Source: an uncultured delta proteobacterium
GTDB taxonomy: Bacteria > Desulfobacterota > Binatia > UBA9968
Length of the DNA stretch: 64,000 bases
NCBI GenBank assembly: GCA_963745835.1
Contig: CAVUZH010000014.1
Span: 192,001 to 256,000, forward strand
Reading direction: 5' to 3'
The notes beneath the pieces were generated by a model. It made no database searches, was not told where the DNA came from, and saw only the letters and a list, made by a program, of their open reading frames with translations. This document shows, piece by piece, positions 53,446 to 64,000 of the stretch. A program made the position numbers and the translations under genes. Each line of letters starts with the position of its first letter. The stretch's first letter is position 1.

Positions 53446-54962
53446 TGTGGTAGTTCAGCGAAAATGTCACCCCAAAACTGTTCAGCGATTCTGACACCCC
53501 TTCGGGTAGGATCTTCTCCGAGAAGGAGGAGATGGGATGAGCGAAAGGGAGATGAGGGTGAGTCAGAGAGAATTACATCGACTGCATGTGGTTCGATTGA
53601 CGTTAGAGGGGCGAGAGAGCGTGGGCAAGGGGGCGAAGCTTTTGGGGATCTCGGCGCGCCAGATGAAACGGCTGCGGCGAAAGATAAAAGAGCGAGGTAG
53701 CGAAGGTCTAATGCATGGCAATCGCGGCAAAGCGGCCTGGAACAAGACGGCATCGCAAAGAATGCAGAAGGTGATCGCATTGGCACGTGGACGCTACCAG
53801 GGACTCAACGACACGCACCTGACCGAGAAGCTCAAGGAGAAAGAAAAGCTCGAGGTATCGCGCGCCACGGTGCGCCGGGTGTTGCGTGAGGCCGGGATCG
53901 CTGCGGTGCGAAAGCGCGGTGTCAAGCGCCACTACAAGCGCCGCGAGCGCAAAGCCCAGGAAGGATCTCTGTTGTTGTGGGACGGGAGTCCTCACCGCTG
54001 GTTTGGAGAGAAGTTCGGCGAGTGGAGTTTGATGGCGGCGATCGATGATGCCACGGGGAAGTTGGTGTGCGGCGTGTTTGCCCGCCAGGAGGATGCCCAG
54101 AGCTATTTGATCTGCCTCAGACAGATCGTGCTCGAGAACGGCATTCCCTTGGCCATGTACATGGATCGCCATGGGATCTTCCGTCGTAACGACGATCACT
54201 GGACCGTGCAAGAGCAGCTGGCCGGGCAACAAACGCCCACTCAAGTGACTCAGGCGCTTTTGGCTTTCGGTATAAAGCCGATCTTTGCACTCTCGCCTCA
54301 AGCCAAGGGACGTGTGGAGCGGCTGTTTAATACTTTGCAGGATCGGTTGGTCCAGGAGCTCAGGCTGGCACGGATCACCAGCCCCCAACAAGCGACGCTC
54401 TTTGTGAACGGCCCGTTCAAAACCGATTTCAACACCCGCTTTGCCAAACCGGCCAGAGAAAGCCAACCAGCCTGGCGTCCTCTGCCCAAAACAGTCGATG
54501 TCGATCGGACCTGCAGTTTTCTCTATGAAGCCACCGTCGGCAATGATAATGCAGTGCGGCTTTCAGGAATGATCCTCGACATCCCGGCGGGACCGCATCG
54601 TCGAGGATATGCCAGAGCCCGTGTCGAGATCCGTCAACTGCTCGATGGCCGTTGGCGCGTGTACTGCAAAAACGAGCTGCTCTTGGAGAGCCCTCCTCCT
54701 GCGGTGCAAGGACCATTAAGAACCTTGCGCCGGCATTATCGCTCGGTCAAAAACAGAAAACTCCTCGATTCGAGAAAACAATCTAAAAAACCACCGCCGT
54801 ATTTCGCTTATAACGCACGTTCTCGGACTGGCGGGCACCTAGGTACCCCCAAAATCAACCCTGATGGAGATCTCACAATCGAACTGAAACCTTAACACAC
54901 TACCACTCAGGGGTGACATTTTCGCTGAGCAGTTAAGGTGACATATTGGCTGAACTACAACA
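53446..54962 (+). mobile_element. IS1202-family (formerly ISNCY) insertion sequence, 1517 bp, 15-bp target duplication
   Basis: Ends TGTGGTAGTTCAGC / GCTGAACTACAACA with internal repeated motifs; TCCAAAGTAACAAGC at 53431-53445 and 54963-54977. Confidence 0.9.
53537..54895 (+). CDS. DDE transposase
   Basis: N-terminal HTH with HGNRG; LLWDGSPHRW, IDDATG, YMDRHGIF, SPQAKGRVERLFNTLQDRL. Confidence 0.95.
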   Translation: MSEREMRVSQRELHRLHVVRLTLEGRESVGKGAKLLGISARQMKRLRRKIKERGSEGLMHGNRGKAAWNKTASQRMQKVIALARGRYQGLNDTHLTEKLKEKEKLEVSRATVRRVLREAGIAAVRKRGVKRHYKRRERKAQEGSLLLWDGSPHRWFGEKFGEWSLMAAIDDATGKLVCGVFARQEDAQSYLICLRQIVLENGIPLAMYMDRHGIFRRNDDHWTVQEQLAGQQTPTQVTQALLAFGIKPIFALSPQAKGRVERLFNTLQDRLVQELRLARITSPQQATLFVNGPFKTDFNTRFAKPARESQPAWRPLPKTVDVDRTCSFLYEATVGNDNAVRLSGMILDIPAGPHRRGYARARVEIRQLLDGRWRVYCKNELLLESPPPAVQGPLRTLRRHYRSVKNRKLLDSRKQSKKPPPYFAYNARSRTGGHLGTPKINPDGDLTIELKP

Positions 54963-55110
54963 TCCAAAGTAACAAGCTGCACGGCTATGTTCCTTAAGGC
55001 TCCCGGGTGCCGGCAACTCTAAAGAAATTTGCTTGTAAAAGCGCAAAACTTTTTACATAACAGACGGTATCCATCGATGACTCTCTTAAACTCGAGCGAA
55101 AGGGGAATTT

Positions 55111-56169
55111 ATGAGTAGCCAAAATAAATACCTGCGCATCGTTTACTTCTATGGGCTGCTCTTTTGCCTGCTGCCCAACGCTGCGCTATCGCAGAGCAAT
55201 TTTTATGAGGGTAAGACCGTTGCCTTGATCGCCACCACGTCGGCAGGCGGCACCGGGGATCTCCGGGTGAAAGCCATGGTGCCGTTTCTCAAGAAACATA
55301 TTCCGGGAAATCCAACGGTTGTAATCCAGTACATCGATGGCGGCGGCGGCCGCAAGGGAACGAATTATTTATACAGCAACGCTCGTCCCGATGGCCTGAC
55401 AATAGGCGCCGCGAGCGGAGCGATCATCGGCCTGGCTGTCATGGGCGAAACCGGCGTCTCTTATGACATCGACAAGTTTATTTATCTGGGTTCACCCGAA
55501 AGCGAAAACCATTATATTATTTACACTCGAAAAGAACTCGGACTCGACAATCTGGAGAAACTGGCATCCAAGCCTGGCCTCAGGATCGGGGCGCAAACGG
55601 TTGGCCATGTATCTTATGTAGCAGGGAGACTATTCGCGTACTTTCTAAACTTGAAAGAGCCAAAGTTTATTGCCGGTTACACTGCCCATGAGCTGGACGT
55701 CGCCTTGACCCAAGGCGAGCTCGACAGCAGAGCCAATAATGCAAGCTCGGTCATCCGACGAAATTCCGATTGGGTGGATAAAGGGCTGATGAATTTTCAT
55801 TCGATCATGGAGGTTCCGAAAGGTGACAAGCATCCGCGGTTGGGTCACCTTCCGGAGATCGGCAGCTTTGCCAAAAACGAACGAGAAACCAAGCTTCTTA
55901 CACTCTGGCGCGCTTTTCGATCTGTGGGATCGCCTTACATATTACCTCCCGGTACCCCCAAAGAGAGAGTGGCAACTCTCGAGGAAGCAATGCGCAAGAC
56001 CTTCAAAGACCCTGAGTTTCCTCCATATTTCAAAAAATTGGTTACCGATGACGCATCTCCGATGGAAGCGGCGGAACTAAAGAAGGTCGTCGCAGACATG
56101 CCCCGTGACGCCGAGACCATCGAGACGCTCAAAAAATTTGCTGGACCGGGTCCTCTGCCGCCGCGCTAG
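55111..56169 (+). CDS. Bug/TctC-like tripartite tricarboxylate transporter binding protein
   Basis: FYEGKTV, AGGTGD, HIPGNP, ARPDGLTIG, LPPGTPKER. Confidence 0.85.
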   Translation: MSSQNKYLRIVYFYGLLFCLLPNAALSQSNFYEGKTVALIATTSAGGTGDLRVKAMVPFLKKHIPGNPTVVIQYIDGGGGRKGTNYLYSNARPDGLTIGAASGAIIGLAVMGETGVSYDIDKFIYLGSPESENHYIIYTRKELGLDNLEKLASKPGLRIGAQTVGHVSYVAGRLFAYFLNLKEPKFIAGYTAHELDVALTQGELDSRANNASSVIRRNSDWVDKGLMNFHSIMEVPKGDKHPRLGHLPEIGSFAKNERETKLLTLWRAFRSVGSPYILPPGTPKERVATLEEAMRKTFKDPEFPPYFKKLVTDDASPMEAAELKKVVADMPRDAETIETLKKFAGPGPLPPR

Positions 56170-56327
56170 ATTTTATTTGACAGCGAGACGACGATGCCAC
56201 CGATGCATGTCTGTGATCCTTCACGAAGCAAACGAGTATTTTCAGATTAGTTGAAATGTCCTTGCTCGAATATGTTCTTTCAAGTTACATTCAAAGTCAT
56301 AGAAAACACCACAAGGAGAAGGAATAT

Positions 56328-56836
56328 ATCATCAAAAAACAATGGCTCAGGCTGGGCGTCGCTCTGCTGCCTTTGTATGCGGCGCAGGTTTGGGCAGCAC
56401 CAAATCCGGCCACCGGACTGGGTTGCGGCCTCGGTAAACTCGCTTGGGGAGAATATGGGACCAGAAGGACATCGCGCCGCAAGTGCTGCAGTCGACGACT
56501 AACGGCACATTCGGCAGCCAGACCTTCGGCATTAGCTTCGGCACTTCAGGCTGCACCAATAACGGCGTGATTATGTCGGAACATAAAACCAGCGTTTTTG
56601 CGGCGCTAAATTTTGAGAACCTTTCTCAAGATATGGCCAAGGGCGACGGTGAACACCTGAGTTCGCTGGCTGAACTGATGAACATCCCGCAGGACAATCG
56701 CGCCGAGTTCTATGCTCTCGCGCAACTGCAGTACCAGAGTATGATTCAGTTCGGGGAATCTACTCCGGCGGCGCTGCTCAAGGCTTTAACCAGCGCGATG
56801 TCATCGCACCCGCTTCTCGCCAGCAGTGTGAAATAA
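56328..56836 (+). pseudogene. DUF3015 family protein, frameshifted, start apparently mutated
   Basis: TGLGCGLGKLAW then QVLQSTTNGTFGSQTFGISFGTSGC..DMAKGDGEHL in another frame; AGGAG RBS followed by ATC. Confidence 0.75.
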
Positions 56837-56883
56837 TCCATTTACGAGTCCCGGCTATTGCCGGGGCTCACTTTCCCTCGTCG

Positions 56884-58779
56884 GTGATTCTCAGCATCGC
56901 GCTTCTCCTCCTGTGTCTTCTCCCAAACACAGCCCGCGGCCAAGACAGCGCTCGACCCTACCTTCAACTGCTGCTCGATCGCGCTAAGGCGATGGCTCTG
57001 CACGAGCAACGCTACTGGCATCTTCTTTTGCATTATCGCTCGGCCCTTGCCGATGGGGTTGAGAGCGAAGCCGACGAACCCGCATTCTTTCTTTCGCCGC
57101 ACGGAAAAACCGATCCGGAAACCGAGCTGCAGGCTACCCTCTCTAACTTTTTTCGACCGATTTGGTCGGCCGTTCGAGCCAGCCGGCGTGTTGCGCTTTT
57201 ATCGCGCGTTATCATTGGCTGAAGAGCGCTCTGGCCATCGACGAAAGCCGTTTGCCGCTCGCAGTCATGCGAGCGATTTCAATCATGGCTTGCCGAACTC
57301 AATCCCGCCTCGATCACCGTCATCTTTCCGTCGGCGTTTATGAATAATCCTTCTTCGATGTTCGGCCACCTGCTCTTGCGGGTTGACCAAAAGGGTCAAC
57401 CGGAGCGAACCAGCATTCTCGCCTATACAATCAATTATGCCGCCGATGTTACCACGGACAACGGTTTCTCTTTGCTATGTTGGGACTGACTGGAGGATTC
57501 AAAGGATACTTTTCGACACATCCGTATACATCAAAGCCAAGGAATACAGTGATTTTGAAAACCGAGATATTTGGGAATACCGACTCAATCTCACAGAAGA
57601 TCAGATGCAACGACTGCTAATGCACGGCTGGGGGTTGGGCAACCGCGCCTTCGATTATTTTTATTTCAACGAAAATTGCGCTTATCAGATTTTGTCTCTG
57701 CTGGACGTTGCCGATCCGGAGCTGCAACTGGCCGAGCGGTTCTGGTTCTATACCTTCCCTTCCGACGGCATCCGCATGATCGCCGACAAACCCGGTTTAG
57801 TTAAAACGTGACCTTTCGCGCCGCCCGGAGCACCAGGATTCGCCGCGGCCGTGAGGCTCTTTCAGCCGAAGAAAAGAGCTGGCTCTCGAAGATGGTCGCT
57901 GATCCGAAGCTGTCTCAGTCTGAGGCGTTCACCCGCCTGCCGCCCGAGCGCCAGGCAGCAATCCTCGAAGTCGTATCGGATTATCTTTTGTACAAGGGCG
58001 CGACGGAAGAGAACAGCGCGTCCTTCGAATCACGCAACAGGAGCATTTTGCTTGCTCGCAGCAAGCTTACGGTTAAGCCAGTTCCGATGAAGATCACGAC
58101 GATTAGCGGGGCGCTGGATCAAGGGCACAAGACCATGAGAGCAGGTCTGGGCGTCGGCTGGCGTGAGGGCGAGTTTTTCAACGAGGCGAATTTTCGCCTG
58201 GCTTTTCACGATCTGCTCGATCCGGAATACGGCTATACGCCCGTCGCGCAAATCCAGGCGTTGGGAGTGACTTTGCGGCACTACAGCCGAAGCGATCATA
58301 CCAGGATCGAAAAATTTACCCTGCTCGACATCTTGTCTCTTTCCCCTATCGACGCTCTCTTTGCGAGTCCATCCTGGAAGATCAACGCAGCGCTCGACAC
58401 GATACAGCATCACAACTGTAACTTTCGCCGCACCGGCAACCTAAATGTTGGGATCGGCCTAGCGACGGAGAGCTCCTGGTTAAACCGCGAGGTTTATTTC
58501 GGCTTGGCGGAATTTGCTACCGAAGTAGGGCGGGTCTTTCACGACAATCATCGGGTCGGCGGCGGCCTCACCGTTGGCGCCATGGCCGATATCACCGATC
58601 AATGGAAATTCGCAGTATCCGGTAGCTATATAAATTTCCCGTTAGGAGATAAATCCGAGGAGTGGAGGTTAGCGGCGCAGCAGCGCTATACTTTGAAAAG
58701 AAATTTCGCTTTGCGATTTGATTTCAATCAGCGCGCCCGGACTCAGGAGCTGCTGTTTAACCTGCTGGCATTTTTCTAA
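56884..58779 (+). pseudogene. DUF4105 (Lnb-like) protein, multiply disrupted
   Basis: WHLLLHY, FFLSPHGKTDP..EL.ATL, SSMFGHLLLR, ENRDIWEYRLNL, FDYFYFNENCAY, HDLLDP; several indels and a stop. Confidence 0.8.
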
Positions 58780-59003
58780 ATACGCTTTGAACTTCATTAC
58801 CACATGATGAGTTCACCCGCTGCTTCATGCTTTTGGCCGCAGCCAAAGACCATCTCACCCTACAGTATCAAAACTCCTGCGACGTTTTCTTACGAACGAA
58901 AATCATATAAGAGGACGGCTGATTGCGTTTGCGAGTCATCGAATCGTTGAACGTTGAGCTGAAATGCCAGACCCGCACCATGTTGAATAACAGGAGGACT
59001 GCC

Positions 59004-60020
59004 ATGGCTTTTACCAGGAGAACTAATACGCTGCTTGGCGCGTTCCTATTCATCTCTACGGTCTATGTGACCACAATCGCTTACGCTCAAGAAACTTTTC
59101 GCGTGTCCTATGGCGGCTATAACGAAACAGCGGCGCCGATGTGGGTTGGGATCGATAAGGGTTTGTTCAAAAAATACGGTATCGATGCTTCTATGATTCA
59201 GGTGCGCAGCGGCGCGCTCAGCATCGCCGCGCTGGTCTCGAGAGAGGTCGAAGCGGTATGGCCTGCTCAGTCGACGATTTTGAGCACCGTGGCCGGCGGA
59301 ATCAAGTTGGGCTGCATTGCCAGCGCCACCAACAAAATCCCGCGCCAGCTCATCGCACGTAAGGAAATCAAAAGCATCGAGGAGCTACGCGGTCGCATCA
59401 TTGGGGTACAGAGCATCGGCGGCGGGTTCTGGCTGCAGACCATGATTATCCTGGACCACCTCGGCGTCGATCCAGACAAACACGGATTAAAGATGCGCGT
59501 TATCGGCGATGGACCGGTGATCGCACAAGCGTTACTGAACGGCAGCATCGATGCAGCGGCCCTGACCTACAGTTTGAGCGAAGCGCCGCTCAAGGCGGGC
59601 TTTACATCGCTGGCCGATGCCGCGGCACTGAAAGCGCCGTATCAAGGACCGAGCATTTGCGCGCTCAAAGAGGTCATCGCCAACCGACAGGATTTCTTTC
59701 TGCGCTTGACCAAAGGGTTGGTCGAAGCAACCGCTTACATTCTCGACGCCAATAACAAACCTGAGGTTATGAAAACCTTGCAAAAGCACCTTCGCCTACA
59801 GAAAGCCGATGAAGTCGAAGCCTCCTACAAAGTGCTACGATTGATGGCGACCCTCGATATCGCGCCAAATCCGGCGGCCTACAAATCGGTCCAGAGGATC
59901 GTCGCTACTGTAAATCCCAAGATCGCACAAGTTGATGTCGAGCAGATCATGGATAGCAGCTTCGTGCGCACGCTTGAGAGCGGCGGTTTTATCGCCGAAC
60001 AACGCAAGAAGGCGCGCTGA
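59004..60020 (+). CDS. NitT/TauT-family ABC substrate-binding protein
   Basis: GGAGG RBS; MWVGIDKGLFKKYGID, LRGRIIGVQSIGGG. Confidence 0.85.
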   Translation: MAFTRRTNTLLGAFLFISTVYVTTIAYAQETFRVSYGGYNETAAPMWVGIDKGLFKKYGIDASMIQVRSGALSIAALVSREVEAVWPAQSTILSTVAGGIKLGCIASATNKIPRQLIARKEIKSIEELRGRIIGVQSIGGGFWLQTMIILDHLGVDPDKHGLKMRVIGDGPVIAQALLNGSIDAAALTYSLSEAPLKAGFTSLADAAALKAPYQGPSICALKEVIANRQDFFLRLTKGLVEATAYILDANNKPEVMKTLQKHLRLQKADEVEASYKVLRLMATLDIAPNPAAYKSVQRIVATVNPKIAQVDVEQIMDSSFVRTLESGGFIAEQRKKAR

Positions 60021-60481
60021 TTCTTTGTTGAGGTTTGAGCCTGGGCTAATTGCCGCGCCACCGCACTTCGGAGCACGCGGGGATTCATTCCGCCTAAAGA
60101 GCTTCGATTGTCTGTAAACTTTGCCTCTACTAACGGATCTCCACTAGAAAACATCCTTCCGCTTATCGCCGCAGCTTCCTGTCCCGCGTAAAAACGACTT
60201 CGGCAATGTGCCGCCAGCGTAACAAGTAAACTTGATACGTTCCGGAGATTTTTCAAGCCGGGATTGGCTGCGTCCATATGCAAGCACTCTCATGCAATCT
60301 TGTCCACGATTGAGCACAGATCTTACCTCCTTGATCTGATTAAGCACACGAGCTGATCCGTTCATCCGAATCGTGAGCTGTCGCAACAATTTCGGTGCAA
60401 CTCGGTAAAAATTTCATGGACACTTCCATCCCACTGCCGAACCAGCGCGGCAATATCCGCCACTTACGAGTACTGCGCTAC

Positions 60482-60497
60482 TGGCATATGCGTTGCT
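60482..60497 (+). promoter_or_regulatory. Sigma-54 promoter
   Basis: TGGCATATGCGTTGCT, GG-N10-GC; 15/16 identical to the site at 1479. Confidence 0.7.
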
Positions 60498-60549
60498 CTA
60501 GCCTGCGTACAACACAATGCAGTCAAGCAGAAACAAGATTGGAGGCGGA

Positions 60550-60912
60550 ATGAAAGGTAATTCAAATCAGCTAAGGTCATCTCGATGGACCATTGCTCTC
60601 GGCTTTGCCGCACTCACCGCTATCGGCTGTGCCGGCGGCCCCCTGACGCCGAGGGAAAAAGGCGCCGGCATCGGCGCAGTTGGCGGAGCTGCCGCGGGCG
60701 GGCTTATCGGTGCCGCTGCGGGCCGTCCGGGATTGGGCGCCGCGATTGGTGGCGGAGTCGGGCTCGGCGCGGGCGCGCTCATCGGAGATTACATGCAAGG
60801 ACAGGACGAAGCACAGTACCAATACAATCAGCAGCAGATCCAGCAGAACCAGCGGGTCATCGAACGCAATCGTAATGAGGTCCAGACGCAGCGGCAACGA
60901 CAGGAATACTAA
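60550..60912 (+). CDS. Glycine-zipper lipoprotein
   Basis: Lipobox AIGC; GAGIGAVGGAAAGGLIG..GAAIGGGVGLGAGALIG; Gln-rich tail; GGAGG RBS. Confidence 0.85.
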   Translation: MKGNSNQLRSSRWTIALGFAALTAIGCAGGPLTPREKGAGIGAVGGAAAGGLIGAAAGRPGLGAAIGGGVGLGAGALIGDYMQGQDEAQYQYNQQQIQQNQRVIERNRNEVQTQRQRQEY

Positions 60913-60995
60913 TCGAGCATCGCATCCCGCAGTTAAGGTTAACGCCTAATTTTTTTGTGAACTAAACGGCAAGATTTGGACAAAAGGAGGGTTAA

Positions 60996-61568
60996 ATGAA
61001 ACGTTTAAGTAAAATGGTTTTAGCGGGACTTACGGGGGTGGCACTGATGCTTCCGGCGCTACCGACAACTGCCGACGCCAAAGACAATGACGGATACAAG
61101 CATAGCAGGCGCGACGGCGATTACCGGAGATTCGATGGACGGCATGGAAGAAGTAACGATCATCGCTTCAATCGCCACGGTAATTACCGTCGCGGAGAAA
61201 TGCGACACGCCCGCTTTGATGGTTCCCGCTCCCGGCGTGATGGGCACCATGGAAAATACCAGGGAAATCGAGGGCATCACAATAAACCGGTGGTTCGAGA
61301 GAAATTCAGCAACGTACGCGACGCCCGAAAAGACGTGCAGGAAGGCCGCCGCGAATTACGAGGTGACTTCAAAGAGCTGAGAAAGGATAGAGCCGAGCTT
61401 CGCCGAGATATCCGCAACGGCGCCAGCAAAGAGGAAATCTTTCGAGATCGGCAAGAGATCCGCGATGACTACAAGGAAATCGCCAGGGACAGAAGAGATC
61501 TTCGACAGGATCAAGCTGAGCTCCGAGACGCGCGCGGCGAGCTCAAGGACGCTCTGCACAAACGATAA
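60996..61568 (+). CDS. Secreted Arg/Asp-rich repeat protein
   Basis: AGGAGG RBS; signal peptide; heptad repeats such as DRAELRRD, DRQEIRDD, DRRDLRQD. Confidence 0.75.
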   Translation: MKRLSKMVLAGLTGVALMLPALPTTADAKDNDGYKHSRRDGDYRRFDGRHGRSNDHRFNRHGNYRRGEMRHARFDGSRSRRDGHHGKYQGNRGHHNKPVVREKFSNVRDARKDVQEGRRELRGDFKELRKDRAELRRDIRNGASKEEIFRDRQEIRDDYKEIARDRRDLRQDQAELRDARGELKDALHKR

Positions 61569-61579
61569 CCCAACTCACG

Positions 61580-61612
61580 GCCTGACCGTCTGCGCGGCGC
61601 AGACGGTCAGGC
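61580..61612. terminator. Hairpin between convergent genes
   Basis: 15-bp perfect stem GCCTGACCGTCTGCG/CGCAGACGGTCAGGC. Confidence 0.7.
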
Positions 61613-61640
61613 TTTCCACCCCCATCAATACTCTCCAGGT

Positions 61641-62642
61641 TTATTTCTTCTTCAACTCTTTCAATGCATCGTAGAGGTAGCTCTGGTCGATGTATTTGGC
61701 GTAATCAGATGGCCCCTTTGCTCCAGTCTGCTCCGCGTAAATCCGCAGATTGTATTTCATGCCTTCAAGATTAAGGTCACCGTCCGGATGCCAAATACGA
61801 TTCTGCGTGTAGTATTCCCACCCGCGCGCAGCATGGTTTGGCTTCAGTTGCATTTCGCGCGTGAGGAAATCGATGGCCGGTTCTTTGTTGTCGTACAGCC
61901 AACGATTGGCTTGCGCCATGCCCTTCATGAAGCGCACCATTGAGGAGCGGTTCTTTTCCGCCCAAGATCGCTTGGATGCGATTACAGTCAATTGGAAGTC
62001 CGGCACAGCATCGATTAGCCTGCCGATCACATTGAAACCTGCTTCCTCTGCCAAATAGTTAAGCGGAATCGCTACCGTGGTGGCGGCGATCTGGCCTGCT
62101 TGTAATGCCGCGAGATTGGCCGAAGAGCCGCCGGCAACCACAAGTATCTTATAATCTCTCGGGTACTCGAGTCCTTTGACCTTGAGCGCTTGCTTAAATG
62201 CCGTGACCGTGCCGCTGGTCAACGAAGAGGCGCCTAAAGTGGCGCCGCGCAGGTCCTGATACGTTTTGTAGTTTTTGCCTCCGACAATGTAATGCGTCAG
62301 CCCGTTGATGATGCCGCCAATAATCACCAAATCCAAGCCGCGCTCCGAGGCTTCGATAAACGCTTCCGGGCTGCCCGAACCGACATTGAGTGAAGCCCCG
62401 GCCAAAGCTTGAACTGTCATCGGCGTGCCGCGAAGAAGGAGAAGCTGCACGTCCAAACCTTGTTGCTCAAAAAAGCCCTTTTTCGCCGCCACCCAAAGCG
62501 GGCTGTAGCCTAGAGTTTTACTCGAGGCGCCGAGATAAAAGCGCAGCTTCTCCTGCGCCACTGCGGGAGAGACAACAAAGCCGGTTAACAGAACAGCAAC
62601 AACGATTCTAAGCAACACGATCACACTCCTACCCTTTCTCAT
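61641..62642 (-). CDS. NitT/TauT-family ABC substrate-binding protein
   Basis: LWVAAKKGFFEQQGLDVQ, DLRGATLG, LQAGQIAAT. Confidence 0.85.
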   Translation of the reverse strand: MRKGRSVIVLLRIVVAVLLTGFVVSPAVAQEKLRFYLGASSKTLGYSPLWVAAKKGFFEQQGLDVQLLLLRGTPMTVQALAGASLNVGSGSPEAFIEASERGLDLVIIGGIINGLTHYIVGGKNYKTYQDLRGATLGASSLTSGTVTAFKQALKVKGLEYPRDYKILVVAGGSSANLAALQAGQIAATTVAIPLNYLAEEAGFNVIGRLIDAVPDFQLTVIASKRSWAEKNRSSMVRFMKGMAQANRWLYDNKEPAIDFLTREMQLKPNHAARGWEYYTQNRIWHPDGDLNLEGMKYNLRIYAEQTGAKGPSDYAKYIDQSYLYDALKELKKK

Positions 62643-62748
62643 ATTCTTCGAACCGGTGACGTGCAGATCCGCCATTGGACTGTTCTCTATGGAGAGTTCT
62701 TGCCAGCTTGTTCTGTAAGATCTGCGTTTCGAGGATGCCGCTTGTCAA

Positions 62749-63852
62749 TCAAGGATGGACCGTCTCTAAAAACCAGTCGGTGGGAATCTCGTGACCCGCG
62801 CCCTCTTTCTTTGCCTCGGCCAAAACCGCGGCGCCGACGGCGGCAAACTGCAGACCGATACCGATATTGTTGAGGAAGCAAGTGGACTCTTGCGCATTTT
62901 CACGGCCTTGAGCTCGTCCAATGACGAGATCTCTTAATTCCGGTGAGGCTAACCAGAATGGATGTTCGACCTTTGTTTCGCGAGCTTGCGCCGGTCCCTT
63001 GCGAATGATGTCGATGGCATCGTGCGATTCAATGCCCTGGTCGCCAAATCCGGCAATGTAATTTTCTGGGGCATGCTGGCGCGAATGAATTACCAGGCGA
63101 TCTATCTTCTGGATCGTTTCGTCGCCCAATTCGGGAACCCGCACACAGGTCAGGTGAATGCCCGGCCTTACCCATTCAGGATTGATAACCCGGGTCAAGG
63201 AGTTGGTCGTCGCCGCAATAATATCCGCATCCCGAACCGCCTCTTCGGCGCTGTCCACTGGACGAACCTCAGCCCTCACCTTCTGGGCCATTTCTTTTAC
63301 GAATGCTTCTCGATTGGTCTTGGTCGGGCTAAAAACATTGACTCTTTTGATGCTTCGCACCGCGCACATTGCCGGCAGATGGCTGCCGGCTTGCCAGCCG
63401 GAACCAAAAATAGCCAACGTGCTCGCATCTTGACGCGCCAGATAGCGCGCCGCCAAAGCGCTGCTCGATGCCACACGCATTCGCTGAACCACGCCGTCGG
63501 GAAAAATGGCGAGCGGCTCGCCGGTTAGAGTAGAAAATAACATCACCAGCCCGACATACTTGTCCCCGGGCGCCGCGGGCACTTTGGTTTTGATCACTCG
63601 ACTGCCCTGCTGCTGCCAGCGGATGATGTCGGAATTGATGCGCATCGCCACGATAGGCGGATCATAAAGCCCCGCTTCCATCGATTTAAAAGCGTAAACA
63701 CCGCTGCCGTTCGATGAAGGCATGACCAAATCGGTGCGCGGCCGGTTTATCGCCTTGCCCTCGTCCCAACTGGCATAGGCTTTCTCCAACGCATTGATGC
63801 ACTTATCGATCGAGAGAAATGATTCGATTTCTTCGTTGCTTAAAATTAGCAT
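62749..63852 (-). CDS. Ornithine cyclodeaminase/mu-crystallin family protein
   Basis: MLILSNEEI, TGEPLAI, RMRVA, IFGSGWQA, ADII..TNS, GIGLQFAA. Confidence 0.9.
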   Translation of the reverse strand: MLILSNEEIESFLSIDKCINALEKAYASWDEGKAINRPRTDLVMPSSNGSGVYAFKSMEAGLYDPPIVAMRINSDIIRWQQQGSRVIKTKVPAAPGDKYVGLVMLFSTLTGEPLAIFPDGVVQRMRVASSSALAARYLARQDASTLAIFGSGWQAGSHLPAMCAVRSIKRVNVFSPTKTNREAFVKEMAQKVRAEVRPVDSAEEAVRDADIIAATTNSLTRVINPEWVRPGIHLTCVRVPELGDETIQKIDRLVIHSRQHAPENYIAGFGDQGIESHDAIDIIRKGPAQARETKVEHPFWLASPELRDLVIGRAQGRENAQESTCFLNNIGIGLQFAAVGAAVLAEAKKEGAGHEIPTDWFLETVHP

Positions 63853-64000
63853 GCTTGCTGGCATATCAATGCGATGGAAAGAGGTCAAGCAAGGCATGCG
63901 TTAAGCAGGTGCAACGGAGCTGGTAAGGTAGTCTGAGATCACAGCGGACGACTGCCGCTGCGACAAAGGCCTGCTTCAGCGCAAAAGGTGAAATCATTCG

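Noticed and set aside
45823-54466. Long antisense ORFs (e.g. 45823-46494, 48996-49736, 51183-51878, 53708-54466)
   Set aside because: Shadow frames opposite well-supported genes, with no motifs of their own

Overview
About 64 kb of bacterial chromosome. The many orphan NitT/TauT-type binding proteins, amidohydrolases and TctC-like proteins suggest a Candidatus Binatia-like (Deltaproteobacteria) host, which is an inference. (1) 1-3.9 kb: 3' end of a threonine dehydratase gene, a small lipoprotein, a sigma-54-preceded FN3/Cys-repeat/beta-propeller surface protein and tRNA-Ser(UGA). (2) 3.94-20.09 kb: a ~16 kb phage-satellite (PICI-like) island. It is bounded by a 42-bp repeat matching the 5' half of tRNA-Ser, not the usual 3' end. 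Integrase, Xis-like protein and a GT2 cargo gene are intact. Primase-helicase (with an iteron origin), two HNH genes, P27-type TerS, Ku, an NDT-like gene and a PD-(D/E)xK gene are decayed. It also holds an array of structured non-coding elements alternating with tiny membrane peptides. (3) 21-27 kb: serS, yraN, rnhB, gatCAB, with a possible 6S-like RNA at the serS 3' end. (4) 27-37 kb: an uncharacterised envelope/signalling locus (SPOR lipoprotein, MshEN-like AAA ATPase, sigma-54 activator, and a sigma-54 operon with DUF4388, HAMP-only sensor and SBP-LysM fusion). (5) 37-64 kb: accessory metabolism, including a putative amidase-hydratase-lyase catabolic operon, an IS1202-family element with 15-bp target duplication, several pseudogenes and solute-binding proteins. 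All calls come from motif recognition by eye; no database searches were run.
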